The translations under genes and the position numbers were made by a program. Under the pieces are notes generated by a model. It was not told where the DNA came from. It saw only the letters and a list, made by a program, of their open reading frames with translations, and did not search any database. DNA of 64,000 nucleotides from Alphaproteobacteria bacterium (GTDB lineage Bacteria; Pseudomonadota; Alphaproteobacteria; Bin95), in contig OZ224045.1 in assembly GCA_963665325.3 (NCBI GenBank), positions 2,176,001-2,240,000 on the forward strand, in the 5' to 3' direction. This document shows, in pieces, positions 59,301-64,000 of the stretch. Every line of letters starts with the position of its first letter. Within the stretch, counting starts at the first letter, position 1.

Positions 59301-59792
59301 GTGCTCAGCCTGATGGATTGCCCCGGCATCATGGTCGGGCCCGATCACGAACGCACCGCGCTGGTCCGCCATTGCACGCGGTTGTTCAATACCGGCGCAA
59401 ACCTTAGCGTGCCGATGTTCGGCGTGATCGTCCGCAAGGCTTACGGGCTCGGCGTGCAGGCCATGTGCGGGGCGAGCGCGCTGGTGAGCTTCTGCATGGT
59501 GGCCTGGCCGACGGCGGAGTTCGCCGGCATGAACATCGAGGGCGCGGTGAAGCTGGGCTTCCGCCCCGTGTTGGCTGCCATCGAGGACCCGGAAGCCCGT
59601 AAGGCCGAGTTCGACCGCCGGGTTTCCGACGCCTATGAGCGCGCCCGCGCCGTCAATGCCGCCGCCGGCGGCGGGCTCGACGATGTGATCGACCCGGCCG
59701 AGACGCGGCGCTGGATCGTGAACAGCATGAAGCGCCTGCCGCCGCCGCCGCCGCGCGAGGGCAAGAAATACGCCTTCATCGACACCTGGTGA
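56397..59792 (+). CDS. Single-chain biotin-dependent acyl-CoA carboxylase (BC-BCCP-CT)
   Basis: LIANRGEIA, HPGYGFLSE, RECSVQRR, EANARLQVEH; biotinylation motif EAMKME; CT motifs DYTVLAGTQG, RKAYG. Confidence 0.94.
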   Translation: MTLSAVLIANRGEIAVRIARAAADLGLRSGVVYSEDDAACLHTRMADEAHALCGSGAAAYLDIGQLVKIARDGGYDSVHPGYGFLSERAEFAEACAEAGLCFVGPGPKHLRLFGDKAEARKAARAAGVPVPEGIDRAVSLEEAQGFYEALGPGSAMMIKALAGGGGRGTRAVFEAGGTEPAYARCRSEAETAFGCGDVYVEAFIPRARHIEIQVLGDRTGHAVHLGERECSVQRRYQKIVETAPAPGLDPELRREMAEAAVRLARSVGYLNLGTFEFLVDAGDDPEGTAFAFIEANARLQVEHTVTEAVTGVDLVETQFRLAGGATLADLGLDDPAAVRPRGYAIQARVNMETVAADGSVRPGSGRIDAYEAPSGPGVRVDGFGYAGYRTGTAFDSLLAKVICHSPSPDFADAAARSRRALGEFRIEGVATNIPFLMNVLAQEDFTAARTHTRWVEERISALAAPPEGLRPRYVAAVHDTGAEDGFAGARVDSTDPLALFAHDEAVKAAQVARDRQQPPDPAGLAGVASPIQGTIVALLVAEGDHVLAGQPVAVVEAMKMEHEIRAESAGIVRQVTMKQGDVVREGWPIAFVEPADVEGNFAEGGREVDPDFIRPDLEEAIRRHGHTLDENRPEVVARRHERGYRMPRENIDRLVDPGSFQEYWPLLTALQHQRYDIETLRQKYPADGVVAGTASINGSHFDDERSRAIVVHYDYTVLAGTQGRRNHYKQDRMFELAHRFRLPVVLFSEGGGGRPGDDNTGPRVAFDTDTFTTFSRLSGLVPLVGINNGRCFAGNTALLACCDVIIATKSSTIAMGGPAMIEGGGLGVYTPEEVGPMEFQVPNGVVDILVEDEDEAVDVAKRYLSYFQGPTDCWEEGGDQRMLRHAVPENRVRLYDMREIVHTLADKDSVLELREKFGIGIITCLIRIEGRPMGVIANNPHHLAGAVDSDGADKGARFLQLCDAFDIPVLSLMDCPGIMVGPDHERTALVRHCTRLFNTGANLSVPMFGVIVRKAYGLGVQAMCGASALVSFCMVAWPTAEFAGMNIEGAVKLGFRPVLAAIEDPEARKAEFDRRVSDAYERARAVNAAAGGGLDDVIDPAETRRWIVNSMKRLPPPPPREGKKYAFIDTW

Positions 59793-59898
59793 GCCGGGAG
59801 ACGGCGGGCTTGCCCCTCGGCGCGGCAATGAGGGAAAATCGGCATGGCGGCCGCAGCCAGGCATGCTGACGTCCTCACCTTCCCTGGAGAACCGACCG

Positions 59899-61407
<1,509 letters not shown>

Positions 61408-61550
61408 CTTTTCCAGGCATCCTGGCAGGGGGAAGTTCCGGCTGCCTTCACGAACGGTATTGACGAGCCGCCGACGGTGCGGCCACATGTAGCAGTGGGT
61501 CAATGAATACGGGAGCTTTGCCGCCCCCATCTCGCTGCGAGTGCGCCGCT

Positions 61551-62651
61551 ATGATCGCTGCACCCCGCTTCACCGGTCTGGTTGAAAGCCTGCCCTCGAC
61601 GATCCCTTTCGTCGGCCCGGAGACTCTGGAGCGCCGCCGGGGCGAGGCGTTTCGCGTACGCGTCGGCGCGAACGAGAGCGCCTTCGGCATTTCTCCGGGC
61701 GCGGCCGAGGCCATGCGAGAGGCCATCGCGAATATCTCCTGGTACAACGACCCGGAGGGCTACGAGCTTCGTAGCGCCATCGCTGCGCTCCACGGCGTTT
61801 CCGTGGACGAGGTGCTGCTCGGCGCGGGCATCGACGAGATGCTCGGCAATGTCGTGCGCATGGTCGTGGAACCGGGAGCGCCGGTGGTCACCTCGCTCGG
61901 CGCCTATCCGACCTTCAACTACCATGTCGCCGGCTTCGGCGGCGTGCTGGAGGCCGTGCCCTACCGCGACGACCGGATCGACCTCGAAGCCCTGCTCGAT
62001 GCAGTGCGCCGGCTGGGGGCGCCGCTCGTCTTCCTGGCCAATCCTGACAACCCGATGGGCACATGGCACGACGCCGCAGAGGTGCGCGCGTTTATCGACG
62101 AGCTTCCGGAGTCGACGCTGCTGGTGCTCGACGAGGCTTATATCGACTTCGCGCCCGCTTCGGCCTTGTTTCCCATTGAAGCGGACGATCCGCGCGTCAT
62201 CCGCATGCGGACATTCTCGAAGGCGCACGGCATGGCGGGAGCCCGCGTCGGGTACGCCATCGCGCCCGCCCGGACCATCGGCGGCCTCGGGCGCATCCGC
62301 AACCATTTCGGCGTCAACCGCATCGCACAGGCGGGCGCGCTCGCCTCGCTCGGCGACACCCGGTTCATCGCCTCGGTGGTCGAGGAGGTCGCGCGGGGGC
62401 GCAACGACTATTACGCGCTCGCGCAACGGCTCGGGTTCTCGACCGTGCAGTCCGCGACGAACTTCGTCGCCATCGACATGGGCGGCGACGGCGACCGGGC
62501 CCGCGCCGTGCTGACGAGGCTCCAGGACGAGGGCGTGTTCGTGCGCATGCCCGGCATTGCCCCGCTGGACCGCTGCATCCGGGTGACGGTGGGCACGGCG
62601 GACGAGCGCGCGCTGTTCGCGGAAGTCTTCGAGGCAGTGCTCGATGAATAG
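61551..62651 (+). CDS. PLP-dependent aminotransferase, HisC-like
   Basis: ANPDNPMG, LDEAY, RTFSKAHGMAGARVGY. Confidence 0.92.
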   Translation: MIAAPRFTGLVESLPSTIPFVGPETLERRRGEAFRVRVGANESAFGISPGAAEAMREAIANISWYNDPEGYELRSAIAALHGVSVDEVLLGAGIDEMLGNVVRMVVEPGAPVVTSLGAYPTFNYHVAGFGGVLEAVPYRDDRIDLEALLDAVRRLGAPLVFLANPDNPMGTWHDAAEVRAFIDELPESTLLVLDEAYIDFAPASALFPIEADDPRVIRMRTFSKAHGMAGARVGYAIAPARTIGGLGRIRNHFGVNRIAQAGALASLGDTRFIASVVEEVARGRNDYYALAQRLGFSTVQSATNFVAIDMGGDGDRARAVLTRLQDEGVFVRMPGIAPLDRCIRVTVGTADERALFAEVFEAVLDE

Positions 62652-62710
62652 CGGTTCGGTTCGGCCCCGGAGGATTTGCAGGGGGACGGTGCGCCGGTAG
62701 TCTATCGGCC

Positions 62711-64000
62711 ATGAGCGGGGAAGCGGTTCTGGGCGACGGGCGTGTCCGACCGGACTGGACGATGACGCATCTGGTCCGCGCCCGTGCGCACGAGCATGGG
62801 CGACGGGTGTTCGCGACATTCGAGGGCGGCGCGTCGCTGACCTTCGGGGGGCTCGACCGGGAGTCGGACCGGTTCGCCGCCGCGCTCGTCGCCTGCGGTG
62901 TAGGTCCGGGCGAGCGGGTGATGGTGCTGCTCGGCAACGGGCCGGAAATCCTGATCGCCTTTTTCGGCACGATGAAGGCGGGCGCCCTCATCGTGCCGAT
63001 CAACACCGAGCTAAGGGGCGCGTTCCTGGCGCACCAGGTCGATAACGCCGCGCCGGCAATGGTCGTCGCCGAAGCCGGGCTGTTGCAGGCGTTCGACGGC
63101 ATCGAGGGGCCGGTGCCGGGGCAGCTGGCCGTCGTCGGAGGCGAGATGCCCGTGGCCTTGCCGGGCCTCTTCGCCGAGAGCGCGGTCTCGACCTTCGAGA
63201 CGTTCCTGGCCGCTGGTGACGGCAATCCCGTTCCCGAAACAGTTGCCCGGCCCGGAGATATCGGGGCCATCCTCTACACATCTGGCACCACCGGGCCGTC
63301 GAAGGGCGTGCTGCTGCCCCACGGCCACCTCTTCCTCATGTCCGCCGCGACAGCGCGCGCGACCGGGCTGACGGCCGGCGACTGCTATTACGTTTCCATG
63401 CCGCTCTTCCACATAAACGCGCTCTGCGCGCAGACGATTGCGGCTCTGACCGTGGGCGCGCAGGTGCATATCGTGCGCCGCTTCAGCCCCAATCGCTGGC
63501 TGGACGAGGTCATCGCCTGCGGCGCCACGCACACCAACCTGCTGGGCGTCATGCCCGAGTTCCTGTTCAACACGCCGCCTACGCCCCGCGACCGCGACCA
63601 TCGCCTGCGCGTGACGCTGGCTGTGCCCATCGGCCCCTGGGGCAGGGAGTTCGAGGCGCGCTTCGGACTGCGCATCCTGCAGGGCTTCGGGATGACGGAA
63701 TGCGGCATGCCGTTCTGGTGCCCGCTGTCGGAGCCGGTGGAGCCGGGCTGCGCCGGCTATATCTCGGAGCAATGGTTCGAGGCCTGCGTCGCGGACCCCG
63801 AGACCGACATGCCTCTGCCGGCAGGCGAGGTCGGGGAGTTGCTGGTTCGCCCGAAAATGCCGGGCTGTTTCTCGGTCGGATACTACCGGATGCCGGAGCG
63901 CACGGTGGAGGCCTGGCGCAATTTCTGGTTCCACACGGGCGATGCCGCCCGGTTCGACGAGCGGGGCCGGCTGCACTATGTGGACCGCCTGAAGGACTGC
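62711..64000 (+). CDS. CaiC-like AMP-dependent acyl-CoA ligase, runs off window end
   Basis: Not in ORF track. Manual translation from ATG 62711 gives ILYTSGTTGPSKGV, MPLFHINA, GFGMTE, WFHTGD. Confidence 0.92.
   Translation, partial: MSGEAVLGDGRVRPDWTMTHLVRARAHEHGRRVFATFEGGASLTFGGLDRESDRFAAALVACGVGPGERVMVLLGNGPEILIAFFGTMKAGALIVPINTELRGAFLAHQVDNAAPAMVVAEAGLLQAFDGIEGPVPGQLAVVGGEMPVALPGLFAESAVSTFETFLAAGDGNPVPETVARPGDIGAILYTSGTTGPSKGVLLPHGHLFLMSAATARATGLTAGDCYYVSMPLFHINALCAQTIAALTVGAQVHIVRRFSPNRWLDEVIACGATHTNLLGVMPEFLFNTPPTPRDRDHRLRVTLAVPIGPWGREFEARFGLRILQGFGMTECGMPFWCPLSEPVEPGCAGYISEQWFEACVADPETDMPLPAGEVGELLVRPKMPGCFSVGYYRMPERTVEAWRNFWFHTGDAARFDERGRLHYVDRLKDC

Overview
High-GC (about 70% by eye) alphaproteobacterial chromosome segment, Rhodospirillales-like by gene content and order (rsmI-yraN-gshB-comM, pepF-ABC1 kinase, map-radC, NADP icd); the taxonomy is inference. 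It holds about 55 densely packed CDSs: housekeeping genes (mutS, icd, map, gshB, rsmI, oxyR, mmsA) mixed with many transport and catabolic genes (two Liv/Urt-type ABC systems, BCCT, two DMTs, AEC, P450, LLM oxidoreductase, 2OG-Fe(II) oxygenases, amidase, GGT, single-chain acyl-CoA carboxylase, CoA ligase). I saw no rRNA, tRNA, CRISPR array, transposase or integrase. Best novelty candidates: (1) a two-gene operon pairing a Tat-less, RdhB-less reductive-dehalogenase-like enzyme with an unannotated protein whose motif pattern resembles the HutX/ChuX tetrapyrrole-carrier fold; (2) a roughly 600-bp structured intergenic element (duplicated promoter+hairpin unit, palindrome, RBS-led small ORF, 10-bp-phased CATGACA x3) overlapping the stop codons of both convergent neighbours; (3) an EctD-like dioxygenase bracketed by an exact 19-bp duplicate of the icd 3' end; (4) a CmcJ/NvfI-type oxygenase with an extra N-terminal region. 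Also seen: a frameshifted DUF899 gene, a truncated higA and probable CTG starts. All family calls come from reading motifs by eye; no searches were run.
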